A DNA stretch of 49,229 nt from Rhodospirillales bacterium (lineage in GTDB: Bacteria > Pseudomonadota > Alphaproteobacteria > UBA828), in contig JAPPNV010000131.1 in assembly GCA_028818565.1 (NCBI GenBank), positions 1-49,229 of the forward strand, read 5' to 3'. The notes under the pieces are model-generated. The model had not been told where the DNA came from and searched no databases. It saw only the letters and a list, made by a program, of their open reading frames with translations. Of the stretch, positions 19,077 to 27,198 are shown in pieces (positions within the stretch are counted from its first letter, which is position 1; each line of letters opens with the position of its first letter). Both the position numbers and the translations under genes were made by a program.

Positions 19077-20980
19077 GAGCGCCTGCGGGTGATCGAATGT
19101 CTCGACTGCCCATTTGCCGTTCGCTGGTTGGCCGAAAGCCATGGTCCGCGCTTGTCGGCGCAATCCTTCCGGCCGTTCTGCTGCTGATTGCGTCCGCAGG
19201 CGAAAGCATCGCTCAGAAGGACGACGAGCCGTTGCGGCTGATCCCGCAGCAGCAGGGCGAGGAGGGCGACGATAGCGGTTCGGAGCCGGGCGAGAGCGAA
19301 GGAGAGGCCCCGAACATCGATTCGATCGTAGGCGCGGAGAGCAACGACGCGACTGACCCGGCCGCTCCTGCTTCGGCCGACAATGGTATCCAGGTCGGCG
19401 CGCTCGAGGCCATCGATCCGGACGCGGCCGGGGTGTCTCTGCCGGGTATTGAACCATTTCCAGGCGATCTCTGGTCGGGATCGCGTCGCTCCAGGGTCGA
19501 AGCCCTGGTGCCGCGCCTGCCCGTCGCGGCACCGTCCCTTGCCATGCGGCGGCTCGCGTTGGGGTTGCTCACCTCGCCGGCGCAACCGCCTGCGGGAGCG
19601 GGCGAAGCTGGTGCGCTTGCCCTCGCGCGGGCCGAGCGCCTGGTGGCCATGGGTGCGCGCGATGCTGCTCTCGCGCTGCTGGAGAGCGCGGGGCCCGAGG
19701 GCGGCCAGAGCCTCACCGCCCGGATCGAGAACGACCGTCTTCTCGCCGCGTTCGACCTTGACGCCGCTTGCGCGCAAATTCTCGGCAAGGCAGGGCGGGC
19801 CGACGACGGCTATTGGCGCCGCGTGCGCATCCTCTGTCAGGCGCACGCAGGCTTGATCGAGGCCGCGACGCTCGGCCTTGAGCTGCTGCTGGAAACGGAT
19901 ACCGCGCCTGACCAGGTGTTCGACGACGCGATCTATGCCATGGCAGGGTTGGCGGAGCCGGTGGTGGATCCGCTCGCCGATCCGACTCCCCTGCGAGTCG
20001 CCGCCTGGCGGCTTGCGCAATTCCCGATCCCGGTGGAAGCGGTGACGAGGGCAGCGCCCGATGTGCTGCCGGCGATCGTCGTCGCGCCGGAATCGCTGCC
20101 GGGGACACGGCTGCTGGCGGCGGAGCGCGCGGGGGCGAGCGGCGCGCTTCCCATCGAGGCCCTTCGCGATATCTATCGAGCCATGTCGTTCTCGTCGGAG
20201 GAGCGCGCCGACGCCCTGGCGCAGGTCGAATCGCTGGAACCGCCGCTCGGCCGCGCCTTGATGCTCCAGGCGATCGAGGCGGAGACGGCGCCTGCGCTCA
20301 GGGCAGAGCTGCTGGCGGAGGCGCTCTTTCTTGCCGAGACTCAAGGGGCTCACGGGACTGCGGCGCGAGCGTTCGCGCATCTGGTGGGCACGGTACCGCC
20401 CGCGCCCGCGCACGTCTGGTTCAGCGCGGCGGCCGGGCGAGCCCTCATCGCCGCCGGCGAGTTCGATGCGGCCGCACGCTGGTACGCACTGGCGATGGAC
20501 CATGCATCGCGAAACCCTGAAGCGATGCGCGCCTCATTGCGACTCTGGCCGTTGATGCTTCTGAGCGGCGATGACGACCATCTGACGACGGCCAAGTTCG
20601 ACGCGTGGCTTGCGCTGCGGGCCGACGAGAGCGGGCGGACCGTCGCGGTCGCGCGGGCGAACTGGCTGGCAATTCTGGTCGATGCGCTCGGCGGCCGCGT
20701 AGACCCGCAGGTCTGGGATCGCCTGTTGCTCGACGAACAGCCCGTGGCAGCGCGGGCGCGGGCGCCGGCGCTGGCGCTGACGAACGGCCTCTCGAAGGCG
20801 GCCGAGGATGGGCAGCTCGGCGAAACGGTCTTGCTGGCGCTGCTCCTGCTCGGCGACGCTGGCCCCGCCGCTGCCGGCATCGCGACCGTTGGGCCCGTGG
20901 TCTCCAACCTCGTTTCTGCTGACCAGCAGGAAGAGGCGCGGGCGATCGCCCTCGAGGCGGCGCTGGCGGCGGGGCTTTGA
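19073..20980 (+). CDS. Secreted, Ala/Leu-rich all-helical protein of unknown function
   Basis: It has a signal-peptide-like N-terminus (ALVGAILPAVLLLIASAGESIAQ), an acidic low-complexity stretch, and then about 500 aa of helical-repeat-like sequence. The start is either GTG 19073, coupled to the small ORF, or ATG 19097. Confidence 0.7.
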   Translation: MRAPAGDRMSRLPICRSLVGRKPWSALVGAILPAVLLLIASAGESIAQKDDEPLRLIPQQQGEEGDDSGSEPGESEGEAPNIDSIVGAESNDATDPAAPASADNGIQVGALEAIDPDAAGVSLPGIEPFPGDLWSGSRRSRVEALVPRLPVAAPSLAMRRLALGLLTSPAQPPAGAGEAGALALARAERLVAMGARDAALALLESAGPEGGQSLTARIENDRLLAAFDLDAACAQILGKAGRADDGYWRRVRILCQAHAGLIEAATLGLELLLETDTAPDQVFDDAIYAMAGLAEPVVDPLADPTPLRVAAWRLAQFPIPVEAVTRAAPDVLPAIVVAPESLPGTRLLAAERAGASGALPIEALRDIYRAMSFSSEERADALAQVESLEPPLGRALMLQAIEAETAPALRAELLAEALFLAETQGAHGTAARAFAHLVGTVPPAPAHVWFSAAAGRALIAAGEFDAAARWYALAMDHASRNPEAMRASLRLWPLMLLSGDDDHLTTAKFDAWLALRADESGRTVAVARANWLAILVDALGGRVDPQVWDRLLLDEQPVAARARAPALALTNGLSKAAEDGQLGETVLLALLLLGDAGPAAAGIATVGPVVSNLVSADQQEEARAIALEAALAAGL

Positions 20981-21975
20981 CACGGCGAGGGCGGCCCCCG
21001 GCGGCCAGGGCAGCGCTCCGTGAGGGCGACGCGGCCGCCATCGAGGCGTTTCTCGAAATGGCTGCGGCAGAGCGCGGGCTCGCCGCCAACTCGATCGACG
21101 CCTACCGGCGCGACCTCGCTTGCTTTGCCGCCTATCTCGCACCCTCCCATGTGCACTTGGCCGAGGCCGAGACTGACTCGATCCGGGGGTTTGTGGCGGA
21201 ACAGAGCCGCTCCGGCGTTGCGGCGCGCACTGCGTCACGCCGGCTCTCATGCCTGCGCCAATTCTACCGGTTCCTGCTCACCGACGGTCGGCGTGAGGAC
21301 GATCCGACCGCACCTGTGGACTCGCCCGCACTCCCCCGCACGCTCCCCGGCGTACTCAGCGAGGATGAGGTCGACAAACTGCTGGCGGCGGCGTGGCCTG
21401 AGGGCGATGCGGTGAAGACTTCGCCGAGGCGCGAGGCCGACGGGCTTCGCCTGCGGGCCATGATCGAGCTGCTTTACGGCAGCGGCCTGCGCGTCTCGGA
21501 GCTGGTGTCGCTGCCGCTCCACGCGGTCTTTGCCGAGACACGGAGCTTGCTGGTGCGCGGCAAGGGCGACAAGGAACGCCTGGTTCCGCTCGGGGCGCCG
21601 GCCCGCCGTGCGCTGGACGCCTATCTTGCGGTGCGCGATCGCCACGCGGCTGACGGGGCGCCGTCCCGCTGGCTGTTCCCCTCGCGCAGCGCGAGCGGCC
21701 ATCTGACACGGCATCGCCTTGCGCAGATGCTCAAGGCGGTGGCGCAGGCGGCGGGGATCGAGCCGAGCCGGGTCTCGCCGCATGCGCTCCGTCACGCCTT
21801 CGCGAGCCATCTGCTCGCCCACGGGGCGGACCTGAGGGCGGTGCAGAAAATGCTCGGCCACGCCGACATCGCGACAACCGAAATTTATACTCATGTCCTC
21901 GACGAGAGGCTCAAGCGGCTGGTCGAGGCCGGGCATCCTCTGGCCGCCGCGGGCCGCGCGCGCTCCGGCGGCTAA
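20977..21975 (+). CDS. xerD: Site-specific tyrosine recombinase XerD
   Basis: The N-terminal SAM-like domain (IEAFLEMAAAERGLAANSIDAYRRDL) and the catalytic R..HxxR..Y region (HALRHAFASHLL, GHADIATTEIYTHV) are present. The TTG start overlaps the stop of the upstream gene. Confidence 0.88.
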   Translation: MTRRGRPPAARAALREGDAAAIEAFLEMAAAERGLAANSIDAYRRDLACFAAYLAPSHVHLAEAETDSIRGFVAEQSRSGVAARTASRRLSCLRQFYRFLLTDGRREDDPTAPVDSPALPRTLPGVLSEDEVDKLLAAAWPEGDAVKTSPRREADGLRLRAMIELLYGSGLRVSELVSLPLHAVFAETRSLLVRGKGDKERLVPLGAPARRALDAYLAVRDRHAADGAPSRWLFPSRSASGHLTRHRLAQMLKAVAQAAGIEPSRVSPHALRHAFASHLLAHGADLRAVQKMLGHADIATTEIYTHVLDERLKRLVEAGHPLAAAGRARSGG

Positions 21976-22160
21976 AGACATGCTTGAGCGGGCATATTGC
22001 GGCCCTGTGACAAGGCCGCCGGTTGTCGGCCTGCGGCGCGCTGTACTAATGTGCCCAACCGCCGCGGGCCATGCGACCGTCGCAGGGGAAGAGCCATCCG
22101 GATGGGCCTGCGTGCGATCATGGAGCACAGACGCGGCGTTCCGAGGATGACGCACAGCCG

Positions 22161-23318
22161 ATGAGCGGACAGCGGCCATTCCTGATTCGCATGAGCCTCT
22201 TCCTGGCCCTCGTGGTCGGGGTGGTGGTCGTGCTGAGCGACACCCTGGGCGACGCGTTCTTCGCCAATTCGATCCTGAACGGCGTCATCCTGGGCGCGCT
22301 CGTCATCGGCATCGTCTACAATTTCCGCCAGGTCCTGCTGTTGAAGCCGGATACGGCCTGGCTCGCGGCGGTGAAGAGCGACGACGTGCCGGGCGCGGCA
22401 CCGCCGGCGGCGGCGCGCAAGCCACGCCTGCTGGCGCCGCTGGCGACGATGCTGGCGGACCGGCGCGGCCGCATGACGCTCTCCGCCGTATCGCTCCGCA
22501 GCCTGCTCGACGGCATCGGCTCGCGGCTCGACGAATCGCGCGATCTGTCGCGCTACATGATCGGCCTGCTGATCTTCCTGGGTCTGCTGGGCACGTTCTG
22601 GGGGCTGCTCCAGACCGTGACCTCGGTCGGCGGCGTGATCGGCGACCTTTCGGTCGCCAACCAGGACATGATCGGCGTCTTCGACGACCTCAAGGGCGGC
22701 CTCGAAGCCCCGCTCGAAGGGATGGGGACGGCCTTCAGCTCCTCGCTCTTCGGTCTCGCGGGCTCGCTCGTCCTCGGCTTTCTCGACCTGCAGGCGAACC
22801 AGGCGCGGAACCGCTTCTACAACGAGCTGGAAGACTGGCTCTCCTCCTACACCCGGCTCACCGGCGGCACGCTGGGCGTGGAGGGCGACCAGTCGGTTCC
22901 GGCCTACGTCAGCGCGCTCCTGGAGAAGACCGCCGATAGCCTGGAGGAGCTGCAGCGCACGCTCGCCCGCGGCGAAGAGCAGCGCGCAACCTCCTCGGCA
23001 AACCTGCTGTCGCTGACCGAGCGCTTGGCCACGCTCACCGACCACATGCGCTCCGAGCAGGATCTCATGGTCAAGCTGGTGGAGAATCAGCTGGAGATGC
23101 GGCCGGTGCTGGAGCGCCTCGCGGCGGGCGCCACCCGGCAGGGCGGCCTCGACGAGCCCAGCCGCGCGCATCTGCGCAACCTCGACGTCTATCTCCAGCG
23201 GCTCCTGGAGGAGATGGTCTCCGGCCGCGAGCAGTCGGTCTCCGAGCTCCGCAGCGAGATCAAGCTCCTCGCACGGACCATAGCGGCGGTCGCCGAGAAC
23301 GATCGGCGCCAAAGCTGA
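22161..23318 (+). CDS. MotA/TolQ/ExbB-family proton-channel protein with a roughly 170-aa helical C-terminal tail
   Basis: It has four hydrophobic segments and family signature regions (LLIFLGLLGTFWGLL, GMGTAFSSSLFGLAGSLVLGFL). The C-terminus is rich in E, L, R and Q with a heptad-like pattern. ATG 22161 is chosen, immediately before the first TM. Confidence 0.8.
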   Translation: MSGQRPFLIRMSLFLALVVGVVVVLSDTLGDAFFANSILNGVILGALVIGIVYNFRQVLLLKPDTAWLAAVKSDDVPGAAPPAAARKPRLLAPLATMLADRRGRMTLSAVSLRSLLDGIGSRLDESRDLSRYMIGLLIFLGLLGTFWGLLQTVTSVGGVIGDLSVANQDMIGVFDDLKGGLEAPLEGMGTAFSSSLFGLAGSLVLGFLDLQANQARNRFYNELEDWLSSYTRLTGGTLGVEGDQSVPAYVSALLEKTADSLEELQRTLARGEEQRATSSANLLSLTERLATLTDHMRSEQDLMVKLVENQLEMRPVLERLAAGATRQGGLDEPSRAHLRNLDVYLQRLLEEMVSGREQSVSELRSEIKLLARTIAAVAENDRRQS

Positions 23319-23336
23319 TCGCGGGAGGCCCGCCCG

Positions 23337-24767
23337 GTGTTTGCCGCATCCCGCCTGAAACGAAGGGGCTCTAGCGCCGACTACTGGCCGGGCTTCGTCG
23401 ACCTGATGTCGACGCTGCTCCTGGTCATGATCTTCCTGCTCGTCGTCTACATGCTGGCGCAGTACTTCCTGCAGCGGTCTCTGTCCGAGGAGACCGAGGC
23501 GAAGGACGACCTCAACGCCCAGCTCGAAAGCCAGGAGAAGGCACTCGCCGACGAGAAGCAGGCCAGTGCGGCGCTCAGTCTCAACATCGCCCAGCTCGCG
23601 GACCAGCTGCAGAGCTCGCTCTCGGTCCGGGACCAGCTCATCGCCGAGCTTTCGATGGTGACTGGCGAACGCGACACGCTCCAGCTGCGCCTCAGGGAGA
23701 TGACGGGGGAGGGGCAGACCGCGCTCGCCGAAGCAGCGCAGGCCGCCATCCGGGCCGACGCCGGCGAGGACAGGATCAAGGTCCTGCTCTCCGACGTCGA
23801 GCGCCTGCGCCGCGACATCGACGCGCTGAACGCGGTGCGCCGGGATCTCGAGTCCAAGGTCGGGATAATGGCCGCAGCGCTGATCGAGAGCCGGGGCGAG
23901 CTCGGCGAGAGCGAAGAGGAGACCGCAGCCGTGCGGGCCGACCTCTCGGCGTTGCGCGACACATCGGCGGAGCTCGAAACGCGCCTCTCCGACGAGCAGG
24001 AGCGTACCGTGCTCGCCCAGCGCACGCTGGAAGAGCGGGAAATCCGCCTCGCCGAGGTGCAGGCCCTCCATCTTGCCGCCCAGTCCTCGTACGACAGCAG
24101 CCAGGCGGCGCTGGACGAGAACCGCCAGCTCAGCGCACGCCAGCGCGACCAGATCGCCGTGCTCAACCAGCAGATCGACGCGCTCAGGGCGCAGCTCGGG
24201 CGCGTCGAGGAAGCCCTGCAGATCTCGGAGCGCGAGAGCGAGGAGCAGGACGTCACCATCGCCAACCTGGGCCAGCGCCTCAACATGGCGCTCGCCGCCA
24301 AGGTGGAAGAGCTCGCCGCCTACCGCTCCGAGTTCTTCGGCCGGCTGCGGGAGGTGCTGAGCGACCGGCGCGACTTCACCATCATCGGCGACCGCTTCGT
24401 CTTCCAGTCCGAGGTCCTGTTCGCCCCCGCCTCCGACGAGCTGGGGCCGGAAGGTCACGACAAGTTGGCGAAGTTTACGCAGGTCCTCAAGGAGGTGATG
24501 GCTCAGATTCCGTCTGAGCTGCCCTGGATCCTGCAGGTCGACGGCCACACCGACAGCCGGCCGATACAGACGGCCCGCTTCCCGTCCAACTGGGAGCTCT
24601 CGGCGGCGCGCGCGATTTCGGTGGTGAACTTCCTCGTCGCCCTCGGCATTCCGCCCGAGCACCTGAGCGCCGCCGGCTACGGCGAGTTTCAGCCCCTCGA
24701 TGCGCGCGAGGACGAAATCGCCTATCGTCGCAACCGCCGCATCGAGCTGAAGCTGACCCAGCGTTAA
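23337..24767 (+). CDS. MotB/OmpA-family protein: N-terminal TM with conserved Asp, about 300-aa coiled coil, C-terminal OmpA_C-like peptidoglycan-binding domain
   Basis: YWPGFVDLMSTLLLVMIFLL resembles the MotB/ExbD/TolR plug and TM region. A long E/L/A/Q/R-rich region follows. The C-terminus has DGHTDSRPI, NWELSAARAISV, GYGEFQP and NRRIELKL. The SD GGGAGG lies 9 nt before GTG 23337. Confidence 0.82.
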   Translation: MFAASRLKRRGSSADYWPGFVDLMSTLLLVMIFLLVVYMLAQYFLQRSLSEETEAKDDLNAQLESQEKALADEKQASAALSLNIAQLADQLQSSLSVRDQLIAELSMVTGERDTLQLRLREMTGEGQTALAEAAQAAIRADAGEDRIKVLLSDVERLRRDIDALNAVRRDLESKVGIMAAALIESRGELGESEEETAAVRADLSALRDTSAELETRLSDEQERTVLAQRTLEEREIRLAEVQALHLAAQSSYDSSQAALDENRQLSARQRDQIAVLNQQIDALRAQLGRVEEALQISERESEEQDVTIANLGQRLNMALAAKVEELAAYRSEFFGRLREVLSDRRDFTIIGDRFVFQSEVLFAPASDELGPEGHDKLAKFTQVLKEVMAQIPSELPWILQVDGHTDSRPIQTARFPSNWELSAARAISVVNFLVALGIPPEHLSAAGYGEFQPLDAREDEIAYRRNRRIELKLTQR

Positions 24768-24901
24768 TTTTCTCGCTCACGGCAGCTCGAACGACGCCCA
24801 CCTCCCCCTGTCCCCCTCCCGACTTGTGCATTTCCCTCAGGCGCCGGGCGCTCGCTCCGCTCGCTTGGCTTCGCGCTGCGCGCGCGGCGCAGTCGCGCCG
24901 T

Positions 24902-24918
24902 CCGGGCCTTCGGCCCGG
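24902..24918. terminator. GC hairpin between convergent operons (candidate bidirectional terminator)
   Basis: CCGGGCC, loop TTC, GGCCCGG, followed by CCTTACTATTGTCTT. It lies between the MotB-like stop (24767) and the NDT-like stop (24961). Confidence 0.5.
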
Positions 24919-24960
24919 CCTTACTATTGTCTTACATCGCGCTGGTTGCCGGTCGGATGT

Positions 24961-25440
24961 TCAGGCCGGCTGGGCATCCCTCAGCCAGCGCGCGAGCGCT
25001 TTGTCGGGATCGGCGATCTCATCCACCGAGCCGTACCAGTAATCCTCCCAACCGGCCTCCGGCAGGCCGGTGAAGACCATCAGGTTGAGCGGATAGGCCT
25101 CGCTGTCGGTGCAGCGGCGGAAGTCGTCGCGGAACAGAAACACCGCCTTCTCCCAGGCGATCGCCATGCCGAGCTCCACCATCACGCCTTCGTCCGGCGG
25201 GCAGCCGTTGACCACGGCGAAGATGCCGTCGGCATCGCGCACGTCGCGCAGGTCCGCCTGGCCGATCCGGTAGGCCCAGCCGGCGGTGGCCTTGTCGACC
25301 TGGTTGTTGCGGGCGAAGGGCTCCCACACCTCGGCGCCGAGCGCCTCCAGCGCCGCGACCAGCGCCTGGAGCGGCCCGTCCTTCTGCTGGGCGGAGAAGC
25401 CGTAAGGGTTCGCCAGATAGAGCGTCTTGGCCGCAGGCAT
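24961..25440 (-). CDS. Nucleoside 2-deoxyribosyltransferase-family protein
   Basis: Features typical of the NDT/Rcl/MilB fold are the N-terminal LYLANPYGF, DADGIFAVVNG...DEGVMVELGMA (candidate catalytic Glu) and WEKAVFLF. Length is 159 aa, with a good SD. Confidence 0.7.
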   Translation of the reverse strand: MPAAKTLYLANPYGFSAQQKDGPLQALVAALEALGAEVWEPFARNNQVDKATAGWAYRIGQADLRDVRDADGIFAVVNGCPPDEGVMVELGMAIAWEKAVFLFRDDFRRCTDSEAYPLNLMVFTGLPEAGWEDYWYGSVDEIADPDKALARWLRDAQPA

Positions 25441-25473
25441 GGCGCGCGCTCCCCTCTCGCCTCCCCCGTACCG

Positions 25474-26142
25474 CTACGCCGCCGCGCGGTAGCGCGCGAT
25501 GGCGGCTTCGAGGCCCGAGCGCGGGCTGGTCAGGAGCGGCACCTGGATGTCGGCGCAGCGGTCGAGTGCCGGAGTCATGGAAGCCTGGGCGAGCACGATG
25601 GCGTCGGCCGATGCCGCGGCCTCGCGCAGGCCATCGGCGATGATGCGCTCGTGGCCCTCCGCATCGCCCGCCACGAGACGGGCCCGGGCCTCCGCGAGGA
25701 CGACGGAGTCGATCTCGACCTCCTTGCCGGCGCGGCGCGCGGCGTCGGCGACCAGATCGGCGGTGGGCCCGATGGTGGTGGCGAGCGTCGCGGCGACCGT
25801 GATGCGCCGGCCGGCCGTCACCGCCGCTTCGGCCATCGGCCGGTCGACCCGGAGGATCGGCACGTCCGCTTGTGCCGCCGCGTCGTCGGCGCCGGGGCCG
25901 ACGGTGGAGCAGGTGCAGAGCACGAGCGCGGCGCCCTCCGTCGCCTCCAGCAGCGCCCTGCAGGTGCGCGCCCTGATCTCGTCGGTCAGTCCGCCCTCGT
26001 CGATCGCGTCCGTCAGCAGCGCTGCCTGAACCACGTGGCGCACCGGAACCTCGGGATCGATCTCGGCGCGCAGCTCGTCGAACAGGTCAATGAGCCCTGC
26101 CACCGTGTGAACCATGACCAACTCGCCGCTTCCGCCGCCCAT
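25474..26142 (-). CDS. Asp/Glu/hydantoin racemase superfamily protein
   Basis: It has a two-lobe pattern with the Cys-containing motif LVLCTCSTVG and a second motif IVLAQASMT. AAGGAG lies 6 nt upstream of ATG 26142. Confidence 0.65.
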   Translation of the reverse strand: MGGGSGELVMVHTVAGLIDLFDELRAEIDPEVPVRHVVQAALLTDAIDEGGLTDEIRARTCRALLEATEGAALVLCTCSTVGPGADDAAAQADVPILRVDRPMAEAAVTAGRRITVAATLATTIGPTADLVADAARRAGKEVEIDSVVLAEARARLVAGDAEGHERIIADGLREAAASADAIVLAQASMTPALDRCADIQVPLLTSPRSGLEAAIARYRAAA

Positions 26143-26213
26143 CGCCCGCTCCTTCGTGACCGTGCGCCGTCCCTATCAGATGACGGGAATTCGCGAAAGC
26201 GGCCCCGCTCCGC

Positions 26214-27014
26214 TCAAGCCCGCCAGACGACCGGGTACTGTGGATCGCTGCTGTAGGGTTCGCCGTCGCGGAGCGCGGTTGGATACTTGGGGAACTCGGC
26301 GGGCGGGTCGCGCAGGATGAAGCGTATGTCGTCGCCGAACCAGCGGTGGGTCAAGGTGCGGCGGCGGGTGTCTTGCGTAGGGTTGTTGCGGCCCTGGTGC
26401 ACGATCAGCCCCTGGAAGAAGATGCAATCCCCGGGCTCCAGCTCCCACGAAATGATGTCGTAGTCCTCGCGCGTGGCCTCGATGTCGGGACAGCGCTCGA
26501 AACCCGCGCCGGTATGGCGGCTGCCGTCCAGCATGCTGTCGAAGGGCGCAAACCAGCGCCCCCAGCGGTGGGAACCGCGCACGAACTCCAGAGTCGTCTC
26601 CGGCGTGATCGGATCGAGCGGGATCCAGTTGGAGCAGAACTGCTCGCCGTCCACCGCCATGTAGGGCTGGTCCTGGTGCCACTGGGTGAGGCCTTCGGTG
26701 CCGGGCTCTTTCACGAACACCTGGTCGTAGAAGAACGTGATAGCGGAGGCGCCCGAGAGCACGCCGGCGATTTCGGCGCATGGCCCTTCCAAAGCGAACG
26801 CCTTCATCTGCGGCACACGACGCCAGAGGTCGAAATCGTTGAAGAAGAGGCCGGGGTCGGATTTCTCAGTGTAGATTTCGACGTAGGGGCCGGGTTCCGC
26901 CATGTCGGCGGCCACGCCTTCGCGCAGGCGCTCGATCCAGTCCTGGTCGATCACGCCGCGCAGGCACACCACCCCGTCGGTGCGATAGGCGTCGATATCG
27001 GCTTGCGTCGGCAT
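26214..27014 (-). CDS. Phytanoyl-CoA dioxygenase (PhyH) family Fe(II)/2-oxoglutarate oxygenase
   Basis: The start MPTQADIDAYRTDGVVCLRGV is PhyH-like. A WHQDQPY (HxD) motif and a later His (IVHQGRNN) are present. GGAGGA lies 9 nt upstream of ATG 27014. Confidence 0.75.
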   Translation of the reverse strand: MPTQADIDAYRTDGVVCLRGVIDQDWIERLREGVAADMAEPGPYVEIYTEKSDPGLFFNDFDLWRRVPQMKAFALEGPCAEIAGVLSGASAITFFYDQVFVKEPGTEGLTQWHQDQPYMAVDGEQFCSNWIPLDPITPETTLEFVRGSHRWGRWFAPFDSMLDGSRHTGAGFERCPDIEATREDYDIISWELEPGDCIFFQGLIVHQGRNNPTQDTRRRTLTHRWFGDDIRFILRDPPAEFPKYPTALRDGEPYSSDPQYPVVWRA

Positions 27015-27198
27015 CGTGGCGCATCCTCCATCGCCTCGGCCGAGTGTACCGCGGCGGGCGCAGCGCGGGCCATTCCTCGTGTCCCTCGTCTTTCGACCCG
27101 ACTTGAATTGCGGGGCGCCGGTGCGCACCTATGGCGGCAACTTGGTGGGTCGATTCGCGGTCACGCTTGAGAATGGCCGCCGTCAGAGGAGACACAGT

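Noticed and set aside
20977-21975. Treating the tyrosine recombinase as a phage or island integrase marking a mobile element.
   Set aside because: The sequence and length fit housekeeping XerD (N-terminal XerD-type SAM-like domain, the usual aroK-aroB neighbourhood). No att repeats or compositional shift surround it.
22161-24767. Calling the MotA/MotB-like pair a Zorya (ZorAB) anti-phage system.
   Set aside because: No ZorC/D/E/F/G-like gene is adjacent. The A subunit (385 aa) is much shorter than the ZorA proteins I know, and here the long coiled coil sits mainly in the B subunit. The neighbourhood, next to xerD, looks core and not like a defence island. It is kept as a comparison target only.
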